DNA of 64,000 nt from Patescibacteria group bacterium UBA6241 (GTDB lineage Bacteria; Patescibacteriota; Minisyncoccia; Phycocordibacterales; Phycocordibacteraceae), in NCBI GenBank assembly GCA_002441425.1, contig DJWB01000001.1:298712-362711 (forward strand). Reading direction: 5' to 3'. Positions 8,888-18,659 of the stretch are shown here, piece by piece (positions within the stretch are counted from its first letter, which is position 1; every line of letters begins with the position of its first letter). The notes beneath the pieces were generated by a model. That model did no database searches and was not told where the DNA came from. It saw nothing but the letters and a program-made list of their open reading frames with translations. The translations under genes and the position numbers were made by a program.

Positions 8888-9241
8888 TTATTCGGATGCT
8901 TCTAGCTTTGCTGCGGCCTCAGGAGTTGAAACTGCCTTGCCCATAAGCAAGAGTTTAAGCAGCCCGATCGCCACCAACCAGTACACAACCATAGCAAGGA
9001 GCGTGGTCCACTCAAACACGCTCCCTGCAACCTGAGATGTGCCAAAGACCGTTGAGAATGGCAGAGTGAACGGGTACGTAACAGAGTAAATAAAGTTAGT
9101 GAATCCCGCTCCTGGGTTCGCTCCAAGGAGTTTAAGTACAAACCGAAACGCAAGGAGTGCTTCCAATAGTCCGAGAAGATACCACACTACTTGAGTCCCT
9201 CTATACAAAGGTTTGGTGCTAGGTGCAACGTATGAATCCAT
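8888..9241 (-). CDS. yggT: YggT family membrane protein
   Basis: ~115 aa with two TM helices. 'FRFVLKLLGANP...F' is YggT/Ycf19-like. It is co-located with yggU. Confidence 0.6.
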   Translation of the reverse strand: MDSYVAPSTKPLYRGTQVVWYLLGLLEALLAFRFVLKLLGANPGAGFTNFIYSVTYPFTLPFSTVFGTSQVAGSVFEWTTLLAMVVYWLVAIGLLKLLLMGKAVSTPEAAAKLEASE

Positions 9242-9318
9242 AAAATTGAGTTAGTGAATATACACTCATACTCGCAGAAAGGGTGTGAAGACCTCATGAA
9301 TGGCTGTATGCTTCATGT

Positions 9319-9819
9319 ATGAATACGCTCTCACTCTTCTATCCAGTTGCCCCGCATGTGGTAACCCGCCCATGGGGTGTTGCGGATGAATTGTATAAAG
9401 AGTTCGGCTTTAAGAAGCACAACGGAGTGGACCTCGCACTTGGCGAAGGACAAGAAATAAGAGCTCCGTTTGATTGCACTGTTACCTTAGTTGGAAACCA
9501 GCCAAAGGGATCTGGTCTATTTGTCTGTCTTCTTTCAACAGCTACGTATGACTTCCCAGACGGGGTACGTGCCCGCGTTGAGCTTTCTTGCATGCACCTT
9601 TCCCGCGTATCTGTTACACCTGGCACCAGACTTGGAGTTGGTATGGTGTTTGCATACGGAGGACACACCGGAAGAGCCACTGGCCCTCACGTACATATTG
9701 CACCTAAACGAGTGCGTCGCGGACTTATTGGATATCGTGATATAGATCGCAACGATGCGAACAACACGTTTGATCCTGAGCCGTATTGGAACCAGGAGTA
9801 TGCGAGAACCGCTTCTTAA
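9319..9819 (+). CDS. M23 family metallopeptidase (LytM domain)
   Basis: HxxxD...HxH pattern: 'HNGVDLA' and 'GPHVHI'. Confidence 0.75.
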   Translation: MNTLSLFYPVAPHVVTRPWGVADELYKEFGFKKHNGVDLALGEGQEIRAPFDCTVTLVGNQPKGSGLFVCLLSTATYDFPDGVRARVELSCMHLSRVSVTPGTRLGVGMVFAYGGHTGRATGPHVHIAPKRVRRGLIGYRDIDRNDANNTFDPEPYWNQEYARTAS

Positions 9820-10229
9820 CGCTTCTTTTTAAGACACGAATCACACTTGCAACCAAGCGGCTTAATGAACTCATCTACGTATTCCTTTCCGTAGTCGTAG
9901 GTTAGCTGCTCTCCAGCCTTAATGGTGCGCAAAGTGAGTACAAATACCCTTCCCTTGTGTATCTCTGTCTCGCAGTTTGGTTTGCAGGCGTGGTTAATGT
10001 ATCCCGCCTTATTGTCTTTCGGCTTTCCGTCTATGGTCTTGTTCTTACTTATCTCAAACAAGTACCTACTCTTGCTCGTGAGTGTCTCCTCTTTGGAGAC
10101 AACTCTTCCCACATACTCAATAACACACGCTCCCTTAGGAATAGACTCGCCGGCAAAAAGCCCTAGACCGGTGCTAGAGCGTTTAACGAGGAGCTTCCAG
10201 TTTCCTGGAACAAACTTCTTATAAGCCAT
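9816..10229 (-). CDS. SET domain protein (putative protein-lysine methyltransferase)
   Basis: 'GYINHACKPNCE' (the NHSCxPNC SET motif), 'YDYG', and a post-SET Cys cluster 'GCKCDSC'. Confidence 0.7.
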   Translation of the reverse strand: MAYKKFVPGNWKLLVKRSSTGLGLFAGESIPKGACVIEYVGRVVSKEETLTSKSRYLFEISKNKTIDGKPKDNKAGYINHACKPNCETEIHKGRVFVLTLRTIKAGEQLTYDYGKEYVDEFIKPLGCKCDSCLKKKR

Positions 10230-10306
10230 ACGTCTCCGTATCGTACTGCATTCCTAACTTCCATCAAGTCGCCTCATTCTGCGGGATATGCAACAATGAG
10301 ATATAT

Positions 10307-11182
10307 ATGGGACGTACGGGCATACTTGTAAGCGCACTTCTGGGCATTCTCGTTCTCGCAGGCGCTATAGGCGGAGCGTATCTATACTCCAGACTCTCTG
10401 CTTCGCTCGCGGACACAGAGACCTCTCTACAGGCCTCTGAGGAGCAGTCTGCGCGCCTTTCAGGAGAGCTCAAAGAAGCTAAAGACTACATTGCACGTCT
10501 TGAGACGGCGCTTTCAAGCGAGCGAAACAAAAACAGTGTGTTTGAGAACCAGATATCTAAAATATCAGGAACTGTTGGAGTTCTAGAGAAGCTCGCAAAG
10601 ACTGATCCTGAACTGCTCGCAAAGTATTCAAAGGTATTCTTCCTGAACGAAAATTACTCTCCTCCTGCCCTCTCTCCAATTCCTGACGAATATCTCTACC
10701 AAAAGGATCGCATTCTAACGCTGCATAAAAGCGTTGAGCCACATCTTGAAGATATGTTGAGTGCGGCAAAGGAAGACGGTATTACTCTACAAATTATTTC
10801 AGCGTACAGATCTTTTGATACACAGGAGGCACTAAAAAATAACTATCGTGTTACGTATGGCTCTGGAGCAAATGCTTTCTCTGCAGACCAAGGGTACTCA
10901 GAGCACCAACTTGGAACTACCGTTGATATAACAACTCCAGAAGTTGGTGCAACATTTTCTGGCTTTGATACTACAGATGCGTACAAGTGGCTTACCGAAA
11001 ACGCCTGGAGATACGGCTTCGTGCTCTCCTATCCTAAGAACAATGCGTACTATCAGTATGAGCCGTGGCACTGGCGCTTTGTTGGAGAGGAACTTGCCCG
11101 CGATCTTCATAGAGAAGAAAAGTACTTCTATGACCTAGACCAGCGAGAGATTGATGAGTATTTGGCTGATATTTTTGATTAA
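10307..11182 (+). CDS. D-alanyl-D-alanine carboxypeptidase, VanY/peptidase M15B family
   Basis: N-terminal TM plus coiled coil. 'SEHQLGTTVDI' and 'EPWHWRF' are zinc-ligand motifs of VanY/M15. Confidence 0.8.
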   Translation: MGRTGILVSALLGILVLAGAIGGAYLYSRLSASLADTETSLQASEEQSARLSGELKEAKDYIARLETALSSERNKNSVFENQISKISGTVGVLEKLAKTDPELLAKYSKVFFLNENYSPPALSPIPDEYLYQKDRILTLHKSVEPHLEDMLSAAKEDGITLQIISAYRSFDTQEALKNNYRVTYGSGANAFSADQGYSEHQLGTTVDITTPEVGATFSGFDTTDAYKWLTENAWRYGFVLSYPKNNAYYQYEPWHWRFVGEELARDLHREEKYFYDLDQREIDEYLADIFD

Positions 11183-11209
11183 AAGCGTGTTGTTATATAG
11201 TTAGCGTAT

Positions 11210-11539
11210 ATGTTTGAAACACCGCCAAAGGCTGCCAACGATAATGAAGGTCCTGACACAAGATCTCTTATTCAGGAGAAAGAAGGGGGTCTAGACTTAG
11301 CTAAGGAGCGCGCGCTCAGAAGCGTTCTGGACGAGATTGCGCGCTCAGGAAACACAGAATTGCTCAATGACATAACCTTGGCTGAGGCTAGGAAATTGGT
11401 GAGTGGATTTGCTCCCAAGCATGCGATCAATGGAATCAACGTGAGCACAGAGGAAAACTGGCGCAAGATGCCCGCTCTCTATGTCGCCTACCTGGACAAA
11501 GTTGATGAAGAGAGAAATCAAATCACTCCAGGCAACTAA
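11210..11539 (+). CDS. Hypothetical protein (109 aa)
   Basis: ORF followed by a strong terminator. No family recognised. Confidence 0.35.
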   Translation: MFETPPKAANDNEGPDTRSLIQEKEGGLDLAKERALRSVLDEIARSGNTELLNDITLAEARKLVSGFAPKHAINGINVSTEENWRKMPALYVAYLDKVDEERNQITPGN

Positions 11540-11540
11540 C

Positions 11541-11570
11541 AAAAGACCCGCTCTCGCGGGTCTTTTGTTA
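11541..11570. terminator. Bidirectional rho-independent terminator
   Basis: AAAAGACCCGC-tctc-GCGGGTCTTTTG hairpin between convergent genes. Confidence 0.7.
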
Positions 11571-11577
11571 TCTTCTG

Positions 11578-12825
11578 CTACTTAAGCACGTCCCACATCT
11601 TTGGGTCTGATCCTCCGTCTATCTTAAAGACAGCAACTCCCTTAACACCGAGCTTTCGTGCAAGTGCTACTTTGTCTCCAATAGCAGACGCGTCACTCCA
11701 CCACAGCATTTGCACCGGTGCCTGACGGTTCTTAGACTTCGCGAGAGCTAGTGCCCCAGCTGCTGCGAGGTTCGCAGATGTTGTGCCCCGAGGAGCAAGA
11801 GCTGCAAGCGCAGACTGGCTTGGAAGCAGTGTGGTCTGCTCCTTAGGAACGTACGTGAAGGAGAGCTCCCCTGCACGGTTACGTGTTGGCGTTATGCCGT
11901 ACTGCTTAGCAAGTTCAACTGCATAGGCTGGGTTAAAGGCCTCAAGCTTGTCATACGAATATCCTGAGCCATCTGAATACGGCATGAGCTGATAGATGTA
12001 GCCGTAGGTAGCAACACCGATAACCATCTTCTTCTTATCAATATCCTTAGCCATGTACTCAACTACCCATTCAACCCACTTAGTATCAGCAACAGGTGCA
12101 TAGAATTCCTTTGCACTCCTTGCCTCCTTGTTGAGTCTTATGTCCGCAGTCTGCTGGTCATACGTCATGATACGGACACGGTCGCAATACTTATTAACCT
12201 CTAAAAGATCATTTGCATACTCAATGTTTGGAGGAGGAGTCCCCGCGTAGCGAGACTCAAGTGGCATGCGCGCTTCAATCGTACACATGAGCCACTTGTT
12301 TGCCTTCTTCTTGCTGAGTTCAGCTGAAAGTTCCTTTAGGAACAAGGAGTAGTATGGTCTGGTCTCTGCGAGCTTGCCCTCGTAATCAATATCAACGCCA
12401 TCAAAGCCATTATCCTTGATCATCTTTACGATGCCGGCTACGTGCGCTCTCCGCTTCTTAGGGTCTGAAAGTACTGCATGGATGGAGTTTGTATCGCTCC
12501 ACATAATGGTAGGAACAACGCGTACTTTCTTTTTCTTTGCTTCTTTAAACAGACTCTGCCAATCGCTTCCAGATACCTTCATGGCATCGTTCAACGAGCC
12601 ATCCATCTTAACGGTGTACCCAAATGGGTTAACCTCAGTTAACTGAGAGATGTGTGCCTTCGCATCCTTAGTCCCTGCCTCAGTTCTCCAGTACGGAATC
12701 CAGCCTGAAATCTCAAGCGGTGTTGTAGTTGCCTTCTTTGTTGCTGCAAGCGTTGTTGCAGGAAGCACTGCTCCAGACACAAAAGTGAGAAGAAGTGCTG
12801 CAGTGATAAAAGTTTTTGTGTTCAT
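11578..12825 (-). CDS. Secreted glycoside hydrolase family 18 (chitinase-like / peptidoglycan hydrolase)
   Basis: Signal peptide. 'GWIPYW' and the catalytic 'DGVDIDYE' (DxxDxDxE GH18 motif). Confidence 0.8.
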   Translation of the reverse strand: MNTKTFITAALLLTFVSGAVLPATTLAATKKATTTPLEISGWIPYWRTEAGTKDAKAHISQLTEVNPFGYTVKMDGSLNDAMKVSGSDWQSLFKEAKKKKVRVVPTIMWSDTNSIHAVLSDPKKRRAHVAGIVKMIKDNGFDGVDIDYEGKLAETRPYYSLFLKELSAELSKKKANKWLMCTIEARMPLESRYAGTPPPNIEYANDLLEVNKYCDRVRIMTYDQQTADIRLNKEARSAKEFYAPVADTKWVEWVVEYMAKDIDKKKMVIGVATYGYIYQLMPYSDGSGYSYDKLEAFNPAYAVELAKQYGITPTRNRAGELSFTYVPKEQTTLLPSQSALAALAPRGTTSANLAAAGALALAKSKNRQAPVQMLWWSDASAIGDKVALARKLGVKGVAVFKIDGGSDPKMWDVLK

Positions 12826-12912
12826 AGGTGTGTAGGTACTATATCAAACGTACGAAGACCCGAGTCCTTACGGATCCTCGGGTCTTCATGAAAACTGTGG
12901 AGAAACTCTAGT

Positions 12913-13590
12913 CTACTTTAGTGCAAGTGAAGGAGCGCTGAACATTGCTGCTAGCTCTGCCTGAGTTTCAGGAACATCCTTAAGATCAAGGCGTCCTACA
13001 ACAGTTGCGGTTACCTGCCCACATATGCCAAGCGCAATAGCAGGGTTAACATCTCTTCCGTTAACTGCAACGGTATCGTGTGTAGGGAGCAACACATCAA
13101 TCTTATGAGTCCATCGCTGATGCATGGTATCTGCAACAACACGATACCCAATAAGATGTTCAACTTCACTGAATCTACACGAAGGAGTGTCCTTCGTTGA
13201 GCGTTCTAGGAGAATCACTGTACCGAACGGGAGTTCGGCAGCCATGTCGCGTGAACGAGCAACCACCACCTCTGGGTTAGAGGTTAAGCCGCTGGCGGTC
13301 ACGAATGGGTTGGCATCCGTTTGCGCCGGGACGGCATTATAAGCGGTCATACTTACCGTGTAGGTCTGGGCAACCTCCTCAGAGGTTGCCAGGCGTTTAG
13401 AAGGCTCTTCAGCCTCCCCGCTAGCGACTACCGGCGCAGAAATCGTCTCTGCATGTGCCGGCGCGTCAGCGCTACCCGGTAAAAACAAGAAGCCCATAAG
13501 GGCTACTACTGCAATTACTGGCATAAATGAAAGCCGACCCGAAGGACGGCCTAACAGGGCCATAGTAGCAGACTTGACATAGCTTGTCAA
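12913..13590 (-). CDS. 3D-domain (MltA-like/YuiC-like) cell-wall protein
   Basis: TM/signal sequence, then 'TAYNAVPAQTDANPFVTASG...' and conserved Asp residues of the 3D domain. Confidence 0.65.
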   Translation of the reverse strand: MTSYVKSATMALLGRPSGRLSFMPVIAVVALMGFLFLPGSADAPAHAETISAPVVASGEAEEPSKRLATSEEVAQTYTVSMTAYNAVPAQTDANPFVTASGLTSNPEVVVARSRDMAAELPFGTVILLERSTKDTPSCRFSEVEHLIGYRVVADTMHQRWTHKIDVLLPTHDTVAVNGRDVNPAIALGICGQVTATVVGRLDLKDVPETQAELAAMFSAPSLALK

Positions 13591-13690
13591 GAGCTGTGAA
13601 GCAATTTCTTCATATTCGGGTGCCCCTCATTTTAGGAAGTCAAGGGTCTGAAACGCTGGAAATATGGCTTAAATACTGTATAATCAGACC

Positions 13691-13993
13691 ATGAGTAAAG
13701 CTACTAGAAAAGAGCGCGTTCTCTGGTTTAAGGCTAAAAACTACGGATGGGGTTGGTACCCTGTTACCTGGCAGGGATGGCTTATAACAGCCGGATACGC
13801 AGCAGGATTTACAATTACGTCCCTTGTCTTTGGAGCATGGGCTGGAGCCGCCACAGAGGCAGGTGCAGACCTAAGAGAGACCATATTTGGGGTCTTGGAG
13901 TTCGTTGTAGTTATTGGACTCTTGTCCTATTCCCTCTTTAGAGTCTGCTCCCGCTTTGGAGAGAAGCCGGAGTGGCGCTGGGGGAAGAAGTAA
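13691..13993 (+). CDS. Small membrane protein (100 aa)
   Basis: Trp-rich N-terminus and two hydrophobic helices, followed by a terminator. Confidence 0.45.
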   Translation: MSKATRKERVLWFKAKNYGWGWYPVTWQGWLITAGYAAGFTITSLVFGAWAGAATEAGADLRETIFGVLEFVVVIGLLSYSLFRVCSRFGEKPEWRWGKK

Positions 13994-14028
13994 AAAACCG
14001 CCCGGGAAGTATCCCGGGCGGTTTTTTA
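13993..14028. terminator. Bidirectional rho-independent terminator
   Basis: AAAAAACCGCCCGGGA-agt-ATCCCGGGCGGTTTTTT. Confidence 0.75.
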
Positions 14029-14033
14029 GTACC

Positions 14034-15068
14034 CTACCAACTCAACTGTCCTCCTGTCTTGTACTCCGTAACACGAGTCTCAAAGAAGTTCTTCTCTTTG
14101 TTGAGGTCTACTGCCTCTCCCATCCATGGGAATGGGTTCTCTACGTTGTACTGGGCTGGGAGTCCAACGGTTGCAAGTCTGCGATCTGCGATGTGCTCAA
14201 TGTACTGCTTGAAGCCTGCCGCGTTCATTCCGAAGATTCCCTTCGGGAACACTTCTGTTGCAAAAGTGTACTCAAGCACCACTGCGCGCTTCACAAGGTC
14301 TACAATACGCTGCTGGAACTCAGGGGTCCACAACTCAGGCTGCTCCTGCTTGATGGCATTAATCATGTTAATACCAAAGTTAAGGTGCTGGCTCTCGTCT
14401 CGCATGATGTACTGAATCTGTTCAGCTGAACCGGTGAGCTTGTTCTGGCGCTGGAAGCCGAACATAACTGCAAAGGAGCTATAGAAGAAGATTCCTTCAA
14501 GGATGAGTGAGAACACACAGAGATTCTCCAAGAAGAGTTGATCGTTCTCAAACGTTCCGGTCTTGAAGTTAGGATCAAAGATTCCTTCGTTGAGATTCAG
14601 AACAAGGTTGTCCTTGTTGTAGATAGACTCAACCTCGCGATACATGTTGAAGATCTTGCTCTCATCCATACCGAGAGACTCAACGATGTACTGGTACGCA
14701 TGCGTGTGAATAGCCTCCTCATATCCTTGGCGAAGCAAGTACATACGGCACTCAGGACTCGTGATGTGCTTATACAGTGCGAGCACTACGTTGTTTGCAG
14801 CAATAGAGTCTGCAGTTGTGAAGAATCCAAGCACCGTCTCAAATGCTTTGCGCTCGTCAGCAGTAAGAGCGGTAGTGCTCTTCCACTGCTCAATATCGCG
14901 CTGCATAGATATCTCTGTCGGAAGCCAGTGATTGCTGTTCCCCACCATATACGCATCCCATGCAAAGGTATGACGCATCGGATAGAGCTGCATCACATCA
15001 GCATCTCCTCCGTTAATAATCTTGCGGTTATTAATGTCTACTGGTGCGGCACCTCGGTTGATTGGCAT
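14034..15068 (-). CDS. nrdB: Ribonucleotide reductase class I beta subunit
   Basis: Di-iron ligand helices (E..H, 'EGIFFYSSF') of the R2 family. Lies directly downstream of nrdA. Confidence 0.85.
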   Translation of the reverse strand: MPINRGAAPVDINNRKIINGGDADVMQLYPMRHTFAWDAYMVGNSNHWLPTEISMQRDIEQWKSTTALTADERKAFETVLGFFTTADSIAANNVVLALYKHITSPECRMYLLRQGYEEAIHTHAYQYIVESLGMDESKIFNMYREVESIYNKDNLVLNLNEGIFDPNFKTGTFENDQLFLENLCVFSLILEGIFFYSSFAVMFGFQRQNKLTGSAEQIQYIMRDESQHLNFGINMINAIKQEQPELWTPEFQQRIVDLVKRAVVLEYTFATEVFPKGIFGMNAAGFKQYIEHIADRRLATVGLPAQYNVENPFPWMGEAVDLNKEKNFFETRVTEYKTGGQLSW

Positions 15069-15112
15069 AGGATGATATAGGTTAGTTCCTCTAATTCGGA
15101 CAAAGCCGGTAA

Positions 15113-17971
15113 CTAGCTCTCACAAGATTCGCACACTCCCGCTTCTTCTCCTGCAGCAACACGAGCCATCTTTGCCTGCCACTCTTCCGGAGTAAATCCA
15201 GATGGCACACTTGGCTCAGCGATTACCTCTGCTACTTCAACTGCTACAGCCTGAGCAGTTACAACGCCTGCTTTGCGATTGTGGGTTGATCCATATTCCG
15301 CTGTTGATACGGTTGCCTTCTCTACCTGAGACGCTCCAAGCGTACGGAGGTAATAGGTGGTCTTAAGACCCATTTCCCACGCAAGGAAATAAATATCTGA
15401 GAGATCACGTCCAGACGTACCGTTGTAGAAGATATTGAGTGACTGAGACTGGTCAATCCACTTTCCACGACGGGCAGCTGCTTCAACAAGCCACTTGCCA
15501 TCAATTTCAAACACTTCCTTGTACTTCTCCTTAAGTGCAAGCGGCACTTCATCAATGTCCTGAATGCTTCCGTCTGCATACTTAATGCGGTTCAACATGC
15601 CAGCACTCCAAAGTCCTGCCTTCTTAAGATCTTCAACAAGATACTTATTCACCACCACAAACTCTCCTTCCTTATTACTCTTTACGTAGATGTTCTTGTA
15701 GATAGGTTCTACACAAGGAATACATCCTACGAGATTTGCAGTTGAAGCAGTTGGCGCAATAGCCATGGTGTTTGAGTTGCGCATACCGTGCTCTTTCACG
15801 TGCTCGCGTACTGGAGCCCAATCAAGCTTGCCTCCTCGCTTCACCTTAATCTCCTCTCCGCGCTCCTTCTCCAAAAGATCAACGGTGTCCTGCGGCAAGA
15901 TACCGCGATCCCACTTAGATCCTTTGTATGAGGAGTACGTGCCACGCTCCTTCGCAAGTTCTGAAGAACCGAGGATTGCGTAGTACGCAACAACTTCCAT
16001 ACTCTCATCCGCAAAGCCAAGCGCCTCCGGAGAATCAAACTGAATGTTCAACATGTAGAGTGCGTCATGGTATCCGCGCACTCCAAGTCCAACTGGGCGG
16101 TGCCGTGTGTTTCCGTTGTAGGAATCAACCGTTGGGTAGAAGTTGAGATCAATAACGTTGTCTAGCATGCGGATTGCAGTGCGGGTCACGCTTGCAACGA
16201 GCTCATGATCAAAACGAAGTGTTCCGTTCTCGTCAGGAGTTACGAACTTCGCAAAGTTGAGGGACCCGAGCGTACATACTGCAGTCTCATCATCTGAAGT
16301 GTTGAGTGTGATCTCGGTGCAGAGGTTTGAGTTATGCACCACTCCCGCATGATCCTGAGGAGAGCGAACGTTTGAAGGATCCTTCCACGTAATCCATGGG
16401 TGTCCGGTCTCAAAGAGCATACCGATCATCTTCTTCCAAAGATCAGCAGCTGAAACACGTTTAAAGAGTTCAATCTCTCCGTTATCAACTTTCGCCTCGT
16501 ACTCAATGTAGGCTTTCTCAAATGCAGCACCATAGGTCTCATGGAGATCAGGCACATCGTTTGGAGAGAAGAGTGTCCACTGCCCTCCGTCACGCACACG
16601 CTTCATGAACAAGTCTGGAATCCAGTTCGCAGTGTTAATGTCATGCGTACGGCGTCGCTCGTCTCCGGTGTTCTTACGGAGCTCTAAGAAGTCCTCTACG
16701 TCTAGGTGCCAGGTCTCAAGGTACACACATCCTGCACCACGGCGCTTACCTGAGCGGTTAATAGCAATATTTACATCGTTTGCAATCTTAAGGAATGGCA
16801 CGATTCCCTGAGATCCAACTCCTGTTCCCTTAATAAAAGAACCGGTTGCGCGAACCTTCGTCCAGTCTGTTCCAGTTCCTCCAGACCACTTCAGATACTG
16901 TGCGTTGTCTGCAATTGACTTAAAGATTCCGTCCAATGAATCAGGCACGCTATTGAGGAAACAGTTACTCATCTGAGCCTTCTTGAATCCAGACTGGAAG
17001 AGCGTGCGACCTCCTGGTGTGTAATAGAAATTTGAAAGCACATCATAGAACTCAAGCGCTACACGCTCACGATCTTCTGGCTTTTCAGCAATAGCGAGAC
17101 CCATAGCGATGCGCATCCAGAGCATCTGTGGAGTTTCAAGCTGCTTCTTTGTCTTTGGATCTTCCATGCAGTACCGGCTGGACATGATTTCCAGACCCAT
17201 GTACTCAAACAAATAATCATTCTCCACCTTCATAGCGCGAGCCATCTTTGCAAGATCAAACTCTCCCATGCGCTCATCCAGGTCTCCGCGAGAAACAAGA
17301 TCATTCATGTTACGAACGAATACTCTCTCATGAGCCGCTAGTGGATCCTTGCTATCAAACTCAGGACCAAAGACTTCTGCGTACATGCGGTTGAGCAAGA
17401 GTCTTGCTGCGAGCTTTGAGTATGCAGGATCGCGCTCAATCATAGAGCGCACTACCATGATGAGTGCCTTGCCAACTTCAGCAGTAGTCATGCCCTCATA
17501 CAACTCGTACTTGAGCTGACTCATGATGGCATCAATATCAAAGGTCACTCCCCCTTCTGCAAAATGCGCCAACGTCTGGCGCAATTTAGTTTCATTAAAC
17601 CGCTCCTGCTTTCCTGAAGCAGTAGTAATAAGAAGTCCCTGCTCCTCAATCTTCTCAAGAGTCTCTTGCTTCTTTTCTTCGCGAATCTTTGTGTGCTCGT
17701 AGCGATACACAATGTAGTGCTTGGCTACGGTCATATGCCCTGCCTCCATGAGGGCGAGCTCTACCAGGTCTTGAACATTTTCAACGGAAGGAGTGTGATC
17801 GTCAGAATATTTCTGAGAGAGATCCTCTAGAACTCCGGTAGTAAGTGCGGCAAGCGCATCTTCCTCTATTGGAGTATCGCAACTTGCGAATGCTTTACGT
17901 AATGCGTCAGTAATCTTTACGTCTTCAAACTCAACAATGCTCCCGTTCCGCTTTTTGACCTGTTTCATCAT
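15113..17971 (-). CDS. nrdA: Ribonucleotide reductase class I alpha subunit with ATP-cone
   Basis: N-terminal ATP-cone (VKKRNGSIVEF). Catalytic region 'NSNLCTEITL' and 'GLGVRGYHDALY'. 952 aa. Confidence 0.9.
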   Translation of the reverse strand: MMKQVKKRNGSIVEFEDVKITDALRKAFASCDTPIEEDALAALTTGVLEDLSQKYSDDHTPSVENVQDLVELALMEAGHMTVAKHYIVYRYEHTKIREEKKQETLEKIEEQGLLITTASGKQERFNETKLRQTLAHFAEGGVTFDIDAIMSQLKYELYEGMTTAEVGKALIMVVRSMIERDPAYSKLAARLLLNRMYAEVFGPEFDSKDPLAAHERVFVRNMNDLVSRGDLDERMGEFDLAKMARAMKVENDYLFEYMGLEIMSSRYCMEDPKTKKQLETPQMLWMRIAMGLAIAEKPEDRERVALEFYDVLSNFYYTPGGRTLFQSGFKKAQMSNCFLNSVPDSLDGIFKSIADNAQYLKWSGGTGTDWTKVRATGSFIKGTGVGSQGIVPFLKIANDVNIAINRSGKRRGAGCVYLETWHLDVEDFLELRKNTGDERRRTHDINTANWIPDLFMKRVRDGGQWTLFSPNDVPDLHETYGAAFEKAYIEYEAKVDNGEIELFKRVSAADLWKKMIGMLFETGHPWITWKDPSNVRSPQDHAGVVHNSNLCTEITLNTSDDETAVCTLGSLNFAKFVTPDENGTLRFDHELVASVTRTAIRMLDNVIDLNFYPTVDSYNGNTRHRPVGLGVRGYHDALYMLNIQFDSPEALGFADESMEVVAYYAILGSSELAKERGTYSSYKGSKWDRGILPQDTVDLLEKERGEEIKVKRGGKLDWAPVREHVKEHGMRNSNTMAIAPTASTANLVGCIPCVEPIYKNIYVKSNKEGEFVVVNKYLVEDLKKAGLWSAGMLNRIKYADGSIQDIDEVPLALKEKYKEVFEIDGKWLVEAAARRGKWIDQSQSLNIFYNGTSGRDLSDIYFLAWEMGLKTTYYLRTLGASQVEKATVSTAEYGSTHNRKAGVVTAQAVAVEVAEVIAEPSVPSGFTPEEWQAKMARVAAGEEAGVCESCES

Positions 17972-18209
17972 AGGTAATCCCGTAGGTTACTCCGCACAGT
18001 AATAATCAGCCTTGGCGTGACGCCAGCAGGGATTTCGCTCCACTAGAGAACGCACCGTAGTGCATTTGTCCTCTCTGCATTCGGCTGTCTTTGCCTATGA
18101 ATAGTACCTCTCTTCATCTAATTTTGCGTGTGGACAAAGGAGCAGAAAACGTTCTGAAATACTTTCAACCCCGCGCCCGTACGAGCCTGTACCTACAGGC
18201 TAAAAATAG

Positions 18210-18569
18210 CTACCGATATCCATTTTTATACTGGTCCCAGAACCCCCACACAGAAAGAAAGAGCATGAAGAAAAATAGGAGGAGCAAAAGCCATTCTGGG
18301 AGCGATTGTCCACGGAAAAAGTATAGATAGAGAGCACCTCCAGCACCCAGAGCGCCCAATACAATGTCTGTAGCTACGTTATATGGTGTTTCTAAAATAC
18401 CTAATAGCCATTCATATATTTCCCACAGGATCAGTGCGGCGAGCGTGCAAAGCATAGTTAGCAACACCGAGAATCCAATCGTATAAAAAAGAAGTGCGAT
18501 AAAAAATCCTGAAAGGAAGTGCACTACAGACCACGCGTCCACCCACCTACCATGTTTCCAAATATCCAT
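18210..18569 (-). CDS. Small polytopic membrane protein (119 aa)
   Basis: Three or four hydrophobic helices. No family recognised. Confidence 0.45.
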   Translation of the reverse strand: MDIWKHGRWVDAWSVVHFLSGFFIALLFYTIGFSVLLTMLCTLAALILWEIYEWLLGILETPYNVATDIVLGALGAGGALYLYFFRGQSLPEWLLLLLFFFMLFLSVWGFWDQYKNGYR

Positions 18570-18659
18570 GCGTATACCATACCAGAACCTCCTTCATGAA
18601 GGCTTCATGCATAATGGTATATAAGTAAGTACATAGTTTTATCCCTAAATCACTCACCT

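Noticed and set aside
14034-14578. Plus-strand ORFs 13914..14429 and 13972..14415 and minus ORF 14363..14578 overlapping nrdB
   Set aside because: They overlap the well-supported nrdB frame and show Ser/Leu/Cys-rich shadow-frame composition.
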